A stretch of DNA of 64,000 nucleotides from a virus: IMG/VR virus record IMGVR_UViG_3300021085_002380; one strand, given 5' to 3'. The translations under genes and the position numbers were made by a program. Shown here in pieces: positions 27,601 through 38,114 of this stretch (position 1 is the stretch's first letter; every line of letters begins with the position of its first letter). Under the pieces are notes generated by a model. The model did not search any database and was not told where the DNA came from. It was given only the letters and a program-made list of their open reading frames with translations.

Positions 27601-27680
27601 TTATTATTTATAGAGACATAAGTCTATTATACACAGTATCCAGAGTATGTCAACCAATATTTTCGTAAAAAGGAAAAAAA

Positions 27681-28274
27681 ATGTTTATAGACTTTGGTTG
27701 CGGTTACGATCTTAGTCAATTCCAACATAAGCAAACCCATTGGCCAGTTCCAAAAGATGTTCCGTATGTTGGGATAGATCGCCGGCCGATTAAACACAAC
27801 GCTTCAAAAGAATTTATAGGTTTACTTGAAGCAGGATATACTCAAACGGCTAAAAACATTTGGATAAAGAAACATGAGTATTCATTTCGTTTACATGATA
27901 TGTATGTGATTGATGATATCAGAAACGATATGCCTTTGATGGCAGAACAGTTCAGATGTGATTCCGTTTTAGAACATATACCCGAGGACGAAGTATTTGA
28001 TACTCTTGTTGGGATCTATAATAAGGTAGACGATGAAGGGTCTGGCGGGATACATATTGACCTTTCAGATCACAAGAAACAAATACCACCTACATTTGAC
28101 CATTACGAAGATAATACTTGGGGTGTTGAAAACCGTGAGCATTACAAAGGATTTTTTCTCAATCGCATTAAAAAAGACCAATGGATAGAATTACTTAACG
28201 AACTTTTTGTATATGAATTGCGTGATCCAGAAGAACCATCTTTTGTATCAGCACGCAATGTTAGAAAAAAGTAG
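27681..28274 (+). CDS. Methyltransferase-like hypothetical protein
   Basis: IDFGCG, YVGID, SVLEHIP. Confidence 0.55.
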   Translation: MFIDFGCGYDLSQFQHKQTHWPVPKDVPYVGIDRRPIKHNASKEFIGLLEAGYTQTAKNIWIKKHEYSFRLHDMYVIDDIRNDMPLMAEQFRCDSVLEHIPEDEVFDTLVGIYNKVDDEGSGGIHIDLSDHKKQIPPTFDHYEDNTWGVENREHYKGFFLNRIKKDQWIELLNELFVYELRDPEEPSFVSARNVRKK

Positions 28275-28303
28275 TTGACATATTAGTCTTTTTAGAATAC
28301 TAT
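28275..28303 (+). promoter_or_regulatory. Sigma70-type promoter for gp55-47-46
   Basis: TTGACA-17-TACTAT. Confidence 0.7.
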
Positions 28304-28338
28304 ATTAATATACCCCACAATAAAGGAGGACACCGTCC

Positions 28339-28842
28339 ATGGCGAAACCTCGCAAACGGAACTACGTCAACAACAAAGACCTGCTGGAAGCTTTAATCAA
28401 TTACAAGAAAGCTTGCCGCGAAGCAGAAGACCAAGGCGAGATAACGCCTCGAGTGCCTGACTACATAGGTAAATGCATTTATCAAATTGCTACAAGACTC
28501 GCAACAAAACCAAACTTTAGTGGGTATTCCTACAAAGAAGATATGATATCAGACGGAATTGAAAACTGTCTTCAGTATATCAATAACTTTAATCCTGAAA
28601 AATCTCAAAACCCATTTGCATACTTTACTCAAATTATTTGGTACGCGTTCCTACGACGTATTCAAAAGGAAAAGAAGCAAATGTATATCCGGTTTAAATC
28701 TTCGCAAAGTATGATTGCAACTGGCGGAACTTATGCCGGTGATGAAGTAGTTCTTAATCTCAATACTAATGCTGATTATATGAATGCATTTGTTCAAGAC
28801 TTTGAGGACAAACTAACTAGAGATAAAGAGAAAAAGAAATAA
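28339..28842 (+). CDS. 55: Late transcription sigma factor gp55
   Basis: YVNNKDL, PNFSGYSYKEDMISDGIENC, NPFAYFTQI. Confidence 0.95.
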   Translation: MAKPRKRNYVNNKDLLEALINYKKACREAEDQGEITPRVPDYIGKCIYQIATRLATKPNFSGYSYKEDMISDGIENCLQYINNFNPEKSQNPFAYFTQIIWYAFLRRIQKEKKQMYIRFKSSQSMIATGGTYAGDEVVLNLNTNADYMNAFVQDFEDKLTRDKEKKK

Positions 28843-28845
28843 TAA

Positions 28846-29910
28846 ATGAAAATAGCAATTATTACAGATATGCATCTCGGCGTACGGGGTGACTCTAAAG
28901 TATTCTTGGATCATCAAGAAAAGTTTTTTAGCAAAATATTTTTCCCATATTTAGACGAACATGGTATTAAGACTGTACTTGACCTCGGCGATACTTTTGA
29001 CCGACGTAAGTATGTTAACTATGTTACACTCGCAAGAGCTAAGAAAATGTTCTTTGACGAATTGTCAAAACGTGACATTGAGTACCATGCAATTGTTGGA
29101 AACCATTCTGTATATTATACAAACACCAACGAAGTTAACTCGATGAACCTATTGCTTCAAGAGTATTCAAACTTCAACATTTACCAAGACAATCCAATTG
29201 AGTTGACATTTGGGTCAACTAGTGTTATTATGGTTCCATGGCTTACAAAAGATAATATGGAAAAAAGTCTTACGGTAATAAAAAACTCAACTGCAAACAT
29301 TTGTATGGGCCACTTTGCTATCCAAGGTTTTGAAATGTTGAAAGGTGCAATTAACGACCACGGTTTACAAAAAGACGTGTTCACTCATTTTGAGCAAGTT
29401 TACTCAGGACACTTTCACCATCCTTCAGAGTATGGCAATATTAAGTACCTTGGCGCTCCGTATGAAATGACTTGGTCCGATTACGAAGGACGTCGTGGTT
29501 TCCGTATACTTGATACTGAAACACGTGGATTGGAATGGATCTTAAATCCGTTTCAAATTTATCATAAGATAGACTACGACGATACCGATATGACTATTGA
29601 AGAAATTGCATCCTTGGATACTGATAATATCAAAGATGCATATATTAAAGTGATTGTGAAAGAACGTTCCAATCCATACATATATGACTTGTTCATTAAT
29701 AAATTAACTGATGCAGGCGCCGCTGATGTTAAAGCTATTGAGGACAGTCTTAATTTAGAGTCAGAAGGGGTTGAAGATATCCTTGATGAAACAAAGGATA
29801 CAAAAGAAATCCTACATAGTTATATTGACTCTCTTGACACAAAGGTTGATAGGAAAGATATTAAAATGCTAATTGATGATTTATATATTGAGGCACAGCA
29901 GGTTGCATGA
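28846..29910 (+). CDS. 47: Recombination endonuclease subunit gp47 (Mre11-like)
   Basis: TDMHLG, LGDTFD, GNH, SGHFH. Confidence 0.93.
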   Translation: MKIAIITDMHLGVRGDSKVFLDHQEKFFSKIFFPYLDEHGIKTVLDLGDTFDRRKYVNYVTLARAKKMFFDELSKRDIEYHAIVGNHSVYYTNTNEVNSMNLLLQEYSNFNIYQDNPIELTFGSTSVIMVPWLTKDNMEKSLTVIKNSTANICMGHFAIQGFEMLKGAINDHGLQKDVFTHFEQVYSGHFHHPSEYGNIKYLGAPYEMTWSDYEGRRGFRILDTETRGLEWILNPFQIYHKIDYDDTDMTIEEIASLDTDNIKDAYIKVIVKERSNPYIYDLFINKLTDAGAADVKAIEDSLNLESEGVEDILDETKDTKEILHSYIDSLDTKVDRKDIKMLIDDLYIEAQQVA

Positions 29911-31619
29911 AGATTGAATTTAAAACTGTTCGTTATAAAAATTTACTATCGTCTGGTAACTCTTGGACGACAATCCCGCTTAATAATAACAGAACAACTT
30001 TAATCAGCGGTACAAATGGTAGCGGTAAGTCAACATTGTTGGACGCTATCGTTTTTGGTTTATACGGTAAAGCATTTCGTAAAATTAATAAGAACCAACT
30101 TATTAACAGTATTAATGGCCGAGACACTCTTGTTGAAATAGAGTTTCAAATTGGTCAAAACAAATATATGGTTCGCCGTGGCATTAAGCCTGTAGTCTTT
30201 GAAATATGGAAAAACGGTGAAGTCATAAATCAGGACGCTGCGTCTCGAGATTACCAATCGTATCTTGAGCAAAACATTCTCAACTTAAATTATAAATCAT
30301 TTAATCAAATCGTTGTGTTAGGTAGTGCAACTTACGTTCCGTTCATGGAATTGCCTGCTCATACACGTCGTGATATCATTGAAGATCTGTTGGATATACA
30401 AGTCTTTAGTACAATGAATACTTTGCTAAAAGATCGTGTATCAATTAATAAAGATAACATTGCCGAGACCGGTTATCAAATGGATCTTACAGAGCAAAAG
30501 CTCGATTCTGCAAAGGAGCACAACGCTTCAATCCGCAAGATCCGTGAAGATGAAGTTGAAAAAGTACGTGAAAAAATGTCAGGCCATTTGGTTAAGGTTG
30601 AAGAAGAAAAAGAAGCAATAGAACAGCTTCAAACAAATATTGAAGAACTGGTTAAAACTATTACAGATAAGCAATCAGTCAAAGCAAAGATTGACAAAGC
30701 AAAGAAATTGAAACAAGAATTAGCTATTAAACTTCGTGGCCATCATGATGAGCTTTCTTTCTATAACAATCACGATAACTGTCCTACATGTAAACAAGGT
30801 ATTGAACACGATTTCAAAGAAACTATTATTACCGATAAAGGTAAAAAGATTGGCGAACTTGACGGCGGTCTTGAACAGTTATTGGAAAAGATAAAAGGCT
30901 ACGAAACTAGAGTCGAAGAAATATCAAATGTTGAGGATCAAATTTCTGAACTTAATTTGACTATTGGCGACCATCGCGCAACTATTAAGGTATCTATGAA
31001 TGCGTTGAAATCGTATAAGAATGAATTGACAAAAGCTGAAGAACAAGTTGAAGCAGTTGATACATCAAAACTTGAAGAGTTAAGTACAAAACTAAAAGAT
31101 TTTGAAACAATGCAGCAAGATCTGTTTAATCAAAAAGAAGTCATCAGTGTTGTTCAAACGATGTTAAGAGATGGTGGTATTAAAGCAAAAATCATTCGCC
31201 AATACATTCCTGTTATGAATAAACTAATCAATAAGTACCTTGGCGCGTTTGACTTGTTTGTTGACTTCCAACTTGACGAAAACTTTAACGAAGTAATTAA
31301 GTCAAGGTTCCGTGACGCGTTTTCTTACGCATCGTTCAGTGAAGGCGAAAAGCTCAGGATCACGTTGTCAATTATGTTGGCTTGGCGTTCTGTTGCGAAA
31401 CTAAGAAATTCTGTTTCTACCAATTTATTGCTACTTGACGAAACGTTGGATGGTGCCCTCGACTCAGTCGGTATTGAAAATCTTATTGACACATTACATA
31501 ATCTAAACACTGATGATAACATATTTGTTATTAGCCATCGTGGCCATCAGTTTGGAGACAAGTTTGATAGTCATATTCGTTTCCAAAAAGTTAAAAACTT
31601 TAGTGAGGTTACAGCTTGA
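29907..31619 (+). CDS. 46: Recombination endonuclease ATPase gp46 (Rad50-like)
   Basis: GTNGSGKST, CPTC zinc hook, FSEGEK, LLLDE. Confidence 0.95.
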   Translation: MKIEFKTVRYKNLLSSGNSWTTIPLNNNRTTLISGTNGSGKSTLLDAIVFGLYGKAFRKINKNQLINSINGRDTLVEIEFQIGQNKYMVRRGIKPVVFEIWKNGEVINQDAASRDYQSYLEQNILNLNYKSFNQIVVLGSATYVPFMELPAHTRRDIIEDLLDIQVFSTMNTLLKDRVSINKDNIAETGYQMDLTEQKLDSAKEHNASIRKIREDEVEKVREKMSGHLVKVEEEKEAIEQLQTNIEELVKTITDKQSVKAKIDKAKKLKQELAIKLRGHHDELSFYNNHDNCPTCKQGIEHDFKETIITDKGKKIGELDGGLEQLLEKIKGYETRVEEISNVEDQISELNLTIGDHRATIKVSMNALKSYKNELTKAEEQVEAVDTSKLEELSTKLKDFETMQQDLFNQKEVISVVQTMLRDGGIKAKIIRQYIPVMNKLINKYLGAFDLFVDFQLDENFNEVIKSRFRDAFSYASFSEGEKLRITLSIMLAWRSVAKLRNSVSTNLLLLDETLDGALDSVGIENLIDTLHNLNTDDNIFVISHRGHQFGDKFDSHIRFQKVKNFSEVTA

Positions 31620-32314
31620 CTTTGTTAAATAACTCAATGTCTACCGAAGGACTTAATGATCTTGAAACCCTCGAGACAATGTTTAAAGAATTCTTTCATA
31701 AACAAACATACGACTGGTGGGTACCTGTCAAGGCTGGCGATATTGTAGTTGATCTTGGAGCTTGCGTTGGTATGTTTACGTGTCGCGCTTTAGATTTAGG
31801 AGCTTCTAAGGTATATTCAGTAGAGCCTAGCATTGATCTGCTGTCCACAACTATGAAAAACGCGCTATCGCATTTAGTTGAACATCCTGGTTCTGTTATA
31901 CCTGAGCATGCATTCATTGGAACTAAAAAAGATCATACCTTAAACTCATTTAATGATTCTAACGCCAAGACAATGGCTTTTTCAGAATTTCTATATAAAC
32001 ACGACATAAAACATATTGACTACTTAAAGATTGATATTGAAGGCGGAGAATACAGTATCTTTACTGAAAAGAATTGGGACTTCCTATCTAATAATGTTCA
32101 GCATATTGCAGTCGAATGGCATCTTGATGTATTTGAAGATGCTCCTAAACAATTCATGTGGATCAGAGACAATTTACTTTCTAAATATAATGGTAAGATT
32201 AGATATATTGATCCTAAGCATAAGCAAAAGGCGTATGACGATGAATGGTTGACTGGCGAATGGCCAATTGGGTGGGGTTCAGGTTTTATGATGTATCTCA
32301 CAAATAATGGTTGA
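31616..32314 (+). CDS. FkbM-family methyltransferase
   Basis: VVDLGACVGMF, VEP, LKIDIEGGEY. Confidence 0.85.
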   Translation: MTLLNNSMSTEGLNDLETLETMFKEFFHKQTYDWWVPVKAGDIVVDLGACVGMFTCRALDLGASKVYSVEPSIDLLSTTMKNALSHLVEHPGSVIPEHAFIGTKKDHTLNSFNDSNAKTMAFSEFLYKHDIKHIDYLKIDIEGGEYSIFTEKNWDFLSNNVQHIAVEWHLDVFEDAPKQFMWIRDNLLSKYNGKIRYIDPKHKQKAYDDEWLTGEWPIGWGSGFMMYLTNNG

Positions 32315-32339
32315 CAAATTGAACATTAAGTGGTATTAT
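32311..32339 (+). promoter_or_regulatory. Sigma70-type promoter for gp43
   Basis: TTGACA-17-TATTAT. Confidence 0.7.
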
Positions 32340-32368
32340 GTTAATCAGAGATAACCTAAAGGATAAAC

Positions 32369-34906
32369 ATGTCTAACTTTTATACATCGGTTGAAAGATT
32401 TGGTAATACAATCTTGTGGCGAGGATACGACAACGGCCGTAGATTTGAACGCAAAGTCAAGTACGAGCCAACTCTGTTTTTGACAACGCAGAAACAAGAA
32501 TCGCAATACCAATCTTTATTTACCAAAAAACCAATTGCCGCTAAGAAATTTGATAGTATGAAAGATGCTAAAGAATTTACCGAGCAATATAAAGGTGTTC
32601 ATGGTATTGAAATATGTGGTAACACAAATTACGTATCGCAATTCATCCAAGAAAAATATCCTAATGAAATCAAATTTGATCCATCGTTGATTAACATTGT
32701 GTCTTTTGACATCGAGGTTGATGTTTCGGACGGCTATCCTGATATGGATTTTGCTGATAAAGAAATTACATCAATTGCAATCAAGTCTTCCAAATCTGAT
32801 ACTTACCATTTGCTTGGGCGTAAAGATTATGATAAGACAAAGACTCTGACCGATATTCCTCAAGATGATATTCAATTTATGAAGTTTGATACCGAAGAGG
32901 CATTGCTTCGCAGGTTCTTGCAGATTTGGGTAAACGACTATCCTGATATTGTTACAGGTTGGAACGTTGAATTCTTTGACATTCAATATATTATAACGCG
33001 TATGAAAAACCTGTTAGGTGAAGAACGTATTAAAGAACTGTCTCCTTGGCGTTCTGTTCGTCCATATTCCCGTGAGTTCTTCGGTAAAGATCAGGGTTCA
33101 TACCGCATCGGTGGCATCGCCGTGATTGACTATATGGACGCGTTTAAAAAGTTTGGCTATAAGTATGGTCCTCAGGAGTCGTGGAAACTTGACCACATTG
33201 CTCACGTTATTCTTGGCGAAAAGAAGATGGACTATTCTGAGTATGGCAACCTTACAAACTTATATGAACAAAATCCACAACTGTATCTTGACTATAACCT
33301 TAAAGATACATGGTTGATCCAAAGATTTGAAGATGAAACAAGTTTGCTTCAGTTAGTTATGACTGTTGCATACGGTGGTGGAGTCAACTACGGCGATGCT
33401 TTCGGTACTGTGGGTATATGGGAAACAACCTTATACCGTAAACTGATTAAAGAAAATCGTATCCCTCCAATCAAAGGTGGCCCAGGACAAAGGGCTGGCG
33501 AATTGGTTGGCGGATATGTTAAAGATCCTAAAGTTGGTATGCATCCTTGGATTGTATCGTTTGACTTGAACTCTCTGTATCCTCACTTGATGTTACAATA
33601 TAATATGTCGCCCGAAACATATCTTGAAGATGAACGTGAAAACGTATCACAAGATATGGTATTGAGCGGTAAGTATCAAAGCCAAAGAACTGACATGTCG
33701 GTTGCAGCCAACGGCGCTTGTTTTACAAATAATCATCTCGGTATTATTCCTGAAATCATTGATGAATATTATGGAAATCGTAAGATCATCAAACAAGAAA
33801 TGCTAAAAGTTGAGCAAGACCTTGAAAATGCAACCGACCCAGCTCAAAAAGAGCAACTAAAACGAAAAGCAAATCAGCTACACAACGCTCAGATGGCTAT
33901 CAAAATTAGTATGAACTCGTTATATGGCGCAATGGCAAATATCTACTTTTTATATTATATTAACGATATGGCTGAAGCAATTACAACGTCAGGTCAATTA
34001 TCAATCCGATATGCTCAAAAGTCTGTTAATGATTATATGAACAAGATCCTCAAGACAGATAACCAAGACTATATTGTATATATTGACACCGACTCAATTT
34101 ATGTTGACATGGCTCCTATTGTTAAGTCTTCGTTTGGTACTGTTGATATTGACCGCAAAAGAGGCGAAGCATTCTTAGATAAAGTTTGCCAAATGAAGAT
34201 TGAGCCAGTTATTGAAGCTGGTTATGAAGATCTGGCGAAAAAGATGGGCTCGTATCGCCAAGCTATGGGTATGAAACGCGAAAAGATTACTGATAAATCT
34301 GTATTCATTGCTAAGAAGCGTTACATTATGAATACGCTAAACTCTGAAGGCGTTCATTACGAAGAGCCTAAGATTTCTGTTACAGGCCTTGAGTCTGTTC
34401 GTTCGTCAACTCCTGAAGTATGTCGTGAAAAGCTAAAGAAATCGTTTAAGGTTATTATGAACGAAGGTGAGTCGGCAATGCAGGACTTTATTGAAAAGTT
34501 CCGTCAAGAGTTCAGAAAGTTACCACCTGAAGATATTGGTCGCAACTCAGGTACTGATAATATCGGTAAGTATATTGTCAAAGGTACCTATAAGAAAGGT
34601 TGTCCAATGCATGTACGTGGATGTATTCTATATAACAATCATCTAAAACAACTCAAGTTAAACAAAAGGTATGAAGTAATTGAAGGTGGCGGAAAGATCA
34701 AGTTTGTCTACCTTAAAGTACCAAATCCGATTAAAGAAAACATTATTTCGTTTCCAGGTGTATTACCCCCTGAATTTGAGTTGACAAATTACATTGACTA
34801 TGATAAACAGTTTGAGAAGGTATTCCTAAACCCAATAGAAGCAATCCTTGAAGCTATCGGATGGTCTGCCGAAAAGATTAACACACTTGAAGATTTCTTT
34901 GCATAG
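32369..34906 (+). CDS. 43: Family B DNA polymerase gp43
   Basis: FDIE exonuclease motif, [23 protein letters not shown]-terminal LEDFF clamp-binding motif. Confidence 0.97.
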   Translation: MSNFYTSVERFGNTILWRGYDNGRRFERKVKYEPTLFLTTQKQESQYQSLFTKKPIAAKKFDSMKDAKEFTEQYKGVHGIEICGNTNYVSQFIQEKYPNEIKFDPSLINIVSFDIEVDVSDGYPDMDFADKEITSIAIKSSKSDTYHLLGRKDYDKTKTLTDIPQDDIQFMKFDTEEALLRRFLQIWVNDYPDIVTGWNVEFFDIQYIITRMKNLLGEERIKELSPWRSVRPYSREFFGKDQGSYRIGGIAVIDYMDAFKKFGYKYGPQESWKLDHIAHVILGEKKMDYSEYGNLTNLYEQNPQLYLDYNLKDTWLIQRFEDETSLLQLVMTVAYGGGVNYGDAFGTVGIWETTLYRKLIKENRIPPIKGGPGQRAGELVGGYVKDPKVGMHPWIVSFDLNSLYPHLMLQYNMSPETYLEDERENVSQDMVLSGKYQSQRTDMSVAANGACFTNNHLGIIPEIIDEYYGNRKIIKQEMLKVEQDLENATDPAQKEQLKRKANQLHNAQMAIKISMNSLYGAMANIYFLYYINDMAEAITTSGQLSIRYAQKSVNDYMNKILKTDNQDYIVYIDTDSIYVDMAPIVKSSFGTVDIDRKRGEAFLDKVCQMKIEPVIEAGYEDLAKKMGSYRQAMGMKREKITDKSVFIAKKRYIMNTLNSEGVHYEEPKISVTGLESVRSSTPEVCREKLKKSFKVIMNEGESAMQDFIEKFRQEFRKLPPEDIGRNSGTDNIGKYIVKGTYKKGCPMHVRGCILYNNHLKQLKLNKRYEVIEGGGKIKFVYLKVPNPIKENIISFPGVLPPEFELTNYIDYDKQFEKVFLNPIEAILEAIGWSAEKINTLEDFFA

Positions 34907-34914
34907 GAGAACAC

Positions 34915-35097
34915 ATGGCACCGAACCATAAATTAGCAACGCTCGAAGCATCATGGCGTTATCAGAACACTGTCGTTGAATGCCTAGAGGCTGAAAATGC
35001 ACCAGACAAATATGTTCAAAAAGCTAAGAAAGAAAGACTACGTATTAAAGATAAGATCGCAATTTTAAAAAGTGAAGGACTAAAAGATAATGACTGA
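34915..35097 (+). CDS. Small protein (DUF465/YdcH-like)
   Basis: KKERLRIKDKI motif; AGGAG RBS. Confidence 0.5.
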   Translation: MAPNHKLATLEASWRYQNTVVECLEAENAPDKYVQKAKKERLRIKDKIAILKSEGLKDND

Positions 35098-35500
35098 TAT
35101 GGCAAACGATATGAATACAATGCATGATAAATTTGGAGTACATGATTGGTTTCAAAAGAATCGTGGTGACAAAGATCTGATGAGCAAATATCTGATGTTT
35201 CGGATGCTTATGATTGGCGAAGAATACCAAGAAACATTATCGGCTATTAATAATTCAGACGCCGAAGAAGTTGTCGATGGCTTGATTGATATGTGTGTAT
35301 TCGCATTAGGTACACTTGATGTATTTGGAGTTGATGCTAATAAAGCATGGAATGCTATTTACGAAGCTAATATGGCAAAGGAACCTGGTGTAAAACCTGG
35401 ACGTCCTAATCGTTTTGGTTTGCCTGATTTGTTAAAACCATCAGGTTGGACACCACCTTCACACGAAGGTAATCACGGTGATTTAAATAAAGCTTTGTAA
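35090..35500 (+). CDS. MazG/PRA-PH-like NTP pyrophosphohydrolase
   Basis: EEYQE, EEVVDGLID, NMAK, LLKP.GW..P. Confidence 0.8.
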   Translation: MTDMANDMNTMHDKFGVHDWFQKNRGDKDLMSKYLMFRMLMIGEEYQETLSAINNSDAEEVVDGLIDMCVFALGTLDVFGVDANKAWNAIYEANMAKEPGVKPGRPNRFGLPDLLKPSGWTPPSHEGNHGDLNKAL

Positions 35501-35600
35501 AATAAATTACAAAAATATTAAATGTTACCGTTAACATAGCACATGGTGGGTACCACTAAAACATAAATAATATTACGTTGTTTATAGAGGAGGTCCCACC

Positions 35601-35849
35601 ATGTGCAGTCCATTTGTACGTAAAGAAGCCAACCGTTTGAATTGGATTATCAAAGGTAAACTAATTGATAAATCCTGGTCCGACGAAGAAGTCGAAAAAA
35701 CCTATGACTCGTATTTCAAAAGAGTATGGGGCAATAACGAAATTTACCAACACGAATTAGGTTTTCAACAAGCATGGAAGCAAAGAGAAGCTGAAATGTT
35801 TAACGAAGAAATCAAAAAAGTTGCAGTACTCGGTGGGCATTATGACTAG
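35601..35849 (+). CDS. Hypothetical protein
   Basis: GAGGAGG RBS. Confidence 0.65.
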   Translation: MCSPFVRKEANRLNWIIKGKLIDKSWSDEEVEKTYDSYFKRVWGNNEIYQHELGFQQAWKQREAEMFNEEIKKVAVLGGHYD

Positions 35850-35890
35850 TCTTTATAAATAGACTAAACAGATTAGCATGAGGCATTATT

Positions 35891-36361
35891 ATGAGCAATA
35901 TTCCGACTCAGAAAAAACTTTGGTATATCCAATATCCAGTTAAAGTTGATGGAGTAACTGACGAGCAAGTACAAGAGTGGAAACAGCACTGTTCTCTTTA
36001 TGCAGCAATAGATACAGAAACAACCGATGAAAACGGATATCCAATATATGAGTTTCAATCTTATGTAGTTCCTACTTTACTTGTATGTATTAATCGTATG
36101 CTGCAACCTGAAGGTTTAACGTACACTAAAGACGACTTGTCTTTTAGGATGGTGGATTTGGAAGGATCTAATCCTGTTATTATCGTACCTGCTAATCTGC
36201 ACGGCGGAGTTACAATGGATCCTGACACTCAAACCGTAACTATAAACTGCACTGGGCAAGTAATTCCTTATGGAACTGATGCTAGAATGAAAACTGGAGT
36301 TCTTTGGGCAAACACGGTATTCGATGAAATGCCTGAAATAGGTAATCCTCCAATTTCTTAA
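35891..36361 (+). CDS. Hypothetical late protein
   Basis: TATAAATA at 35854-35861 upstream. Confidence 0.6.
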   Translation: MSNIPTQKKLWYIQYPVKVDGVTDEQVQEWKQHCSLYAAIDTETTDENGYPIYEFQSYVVPTLLVCINRMLQPEGLTYTKDDLSFRMVDLEGSNPVIIVPANLHGGVTMDPDTQTVTINCTGQVIPYGTDARMKTGVLWANTVFDEMPEIGNPPIS

Positions 36362-36381
36362 ATATAAAATGAAATTAACTA

Positions 36382-36415
36382 TTGACATTTGGTTCTAAAT
36401 AGTGTAGATTGATTC
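36382..36415 (+). promoter_or_regulatory. Sigma70-type early promoter
   Basis: TTGACA-17-TAGATT followed immediately by GATTC. Confidence 0.7.
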
Positions 36416-36444
36416 TATAAGGTAAACAAAAAGGAATCAATCTT

Positions 36445-36825
36445 ATGAAATACGCAATCTACCAAATCCGTCTTACCGAAGCTCAAATTGATCTTATCAA
36501 TGAAACACAAAGCTTTGAGTCAGTTCCTGCTAAGAAAGCAAAAATTGATATGGACATGGATTTTGCAGGTCATAAGATCGGCGGTTTGGCATACGATGCT
36601 TTCGTAGAAAACAACTATTACACTCACGTTGCTAATATTGAAGCTGCTTCAGTAAATGAAGTATTTCATATCGGTAACATGGGACCTGAAGAAAACATTG
36701 AGCGTTTGACTCAAATGCATTCTATTTCAGTTGGCGATGTTCTCGTTGACGAAGAAGGTCAATGTATTGTAGTTGCGCCAATCGGCTTTGTTGCTTTTTC
36801 GCATGACTGGCGTCTTGCAGCCTAA
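36445..36825 (+). CDS. Hypothetical early protein (YodL-like motif)
   Basis: YAIYQI ... MHSISVGDV; ends RLAA. Confidence 0.65.
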   Translation: MKYAIYQIRLTEAQIDLINETQSFESVPAKKAKIDMDMDFAGHKIGGLAYDAFVENNYYTHVANIEAASVNEVFHIGNMGPEENIERLTQMHSISVGDVLVDEEGQCIVVAPIGFVAFSHDWRLAA

Positions 36826-36921
36826 TAGGCAAATCCCAAAGCGATTACGCTGCCTAACTATTGCTGAGTCAGACTCGGATAAACAATGGGTGTCACAAAG
36901 GAGAGAAAACTTTCGGGTTTT

Positions 36922-36949
36922 AGAGAGGGACTTAGGTCCCTCTTTTTTT
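36922..36949 (+). terminator. Rho-independent terminator
   Basis: AGAGGGAC-TTAG-GTCCCTCT followed by a T run. Confidence 0.85.
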
Positions 36950-36953
36950 GTAA

Positions 36954-36993
36954 CTTTTACAGTACTGTTACAAAACTATCATATTTCTGTAAT
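36954..36993 (+). promoter_or_regulatory. Tandem Pho-box-like repeats
   Basis: CTTTTAC, CTGTTAC, CTATCAT, CTGTAAT at exact 11-bp spacing (consensus CTGTCAT). Confidence 0.7.
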
Positions 36994-37076
36994 AAATATT
37001 TAAGACAAGGTGGTAAAGACTTTGTCTTTTTTAACGCGAGCGACGGGGTAAAGCCGTCAAGCAAAAGGAGAACTAA

Positions 37077-38042
37077 ATGGAACTACTCACAATGTGGAGT
37101 CTTATCGGATTCCTGCTTGCTGCATACGCAGTTATAGCCAATGATTCAGTACAAACTCTCGGTACATGGATGGCGTCAAACAATGAGAGATTTAACTTTA
37201 AAGTATTATGGGCTGCGGCATCCGCGGTTTTGTTATATACACTTTGGTATGGTTGGTATATGAATGGCGGTGATATATCCTATGGCCGTTTGAATAAGAT
37301 CCCATTTCAAGATGTACAATGGTATCATGCGGCAGCACCTGCTATTCTTGTGGCATTAACACGAATGGGTGTACCGGTTTCAACATCATTCTTGGTGTTA
37401 TCGGTATTTGCTAGCACCTTTGTGTTAGAAAAGATGCTAATGAAATCCATTATGGGTTATGGTGTAGCCGCTGCGTTTGCTTATGCAGTATGGTTTGCTA
37501 TTCACAAATACTTTGGACAATGGTACGACGAAACAAAACCAGTATCTGAAAGTAATAAGAAGTTTTGGCGTATTGCCCAATGGGTAGCGACAGGTGGATT
37601 ATGGTTTACTTGGTTATCTCACGATATTGCTAACATTGCGGTATTCCTACCACGCGCCATTCCTGTAGATCTAATGGTCTTTATTAGCCTTGTGTTTGTC
37701 ACCGGTCTATTCTTTATGTTTAGAGAAAAAGGTGGTAAGATCCAAAAGATTGTTTTGGAAAAGCATAACACAAGATATGTAAGATCTGCAACATTGATTG
37801 ACTTATTCTATTGGTTATGTTTGTACTTCTTCAAAGAACTAAACGATATTCCAATGAGTACAACTTGGGTCTTTGTTGGGCTTCTAGCAGGTCGTGAATT
37901 AGCAATGGCTACATACTTTGGTAAAAAGAAAACCAAATCAGTATTCCCATTGGTGGCGAAAGACTTCGGCAAGATGATGGTTGGACTCGGCGCCTCAGTT
38001 GCATTGGTGTTGTTGATCCATTACGTTATCAACCCGGTGTGA
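37077..38042 (+). CDS. PiT-like inorganic phosphate transporter
   Basis: Multi-TM; AND and HDIAN repeats plus PVSTS / PMSTT motifs of the PiT fold. Confidence 0.7.
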   Translation: MELLTMWSLIGFLLAAYAVIANDSVQTLGTWMASNNERFNFKVLWAAASAVLLYTLWYGWYMNGGDISYGRLNKIPFQDVQWYHAAAPAILVALTRMGVPVSTSFLVLSVFASTFVLEKMLMKSIMGYGVAAAFAYAVWFAIHKYFGQWYDETKPVSESNKKFWRIAQWVATGGLWFTWLSHDIANIAVFLPRAIPVDLMVFISLVFVTGLFFMFREKGGKIQKIVLEKHNTRYVRSATLIDLFYWLCLYFFKELNDIPMSTTWVFVGLLAGRELAMATYFGKKKTKSVFPLVAKDFGKMMVGLGASVALVLLIHYVINPV

Positions 38043-38080
38043 CATTTAAGTAACAATTACTAAAATATAAGGCTGGATGG

Positions 38081-38109
38081 TTGACATTTGGCCTTATATG
38101 GTTTATATA
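38081..38109 (+). promoter_or_regulatory. Sigma70-type promoter for tmRNA
   Basis: TTGACA-17-TATATA. Confidence 0.65.
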
Positions 38110-38114
38110 TATCT

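Noticed and set aside
36773-37137. Short ORFs 36773-37003 and 36886-37137
   Set aside because: They cross a terminator and the Pho-box region; better explained as regulatory sequence
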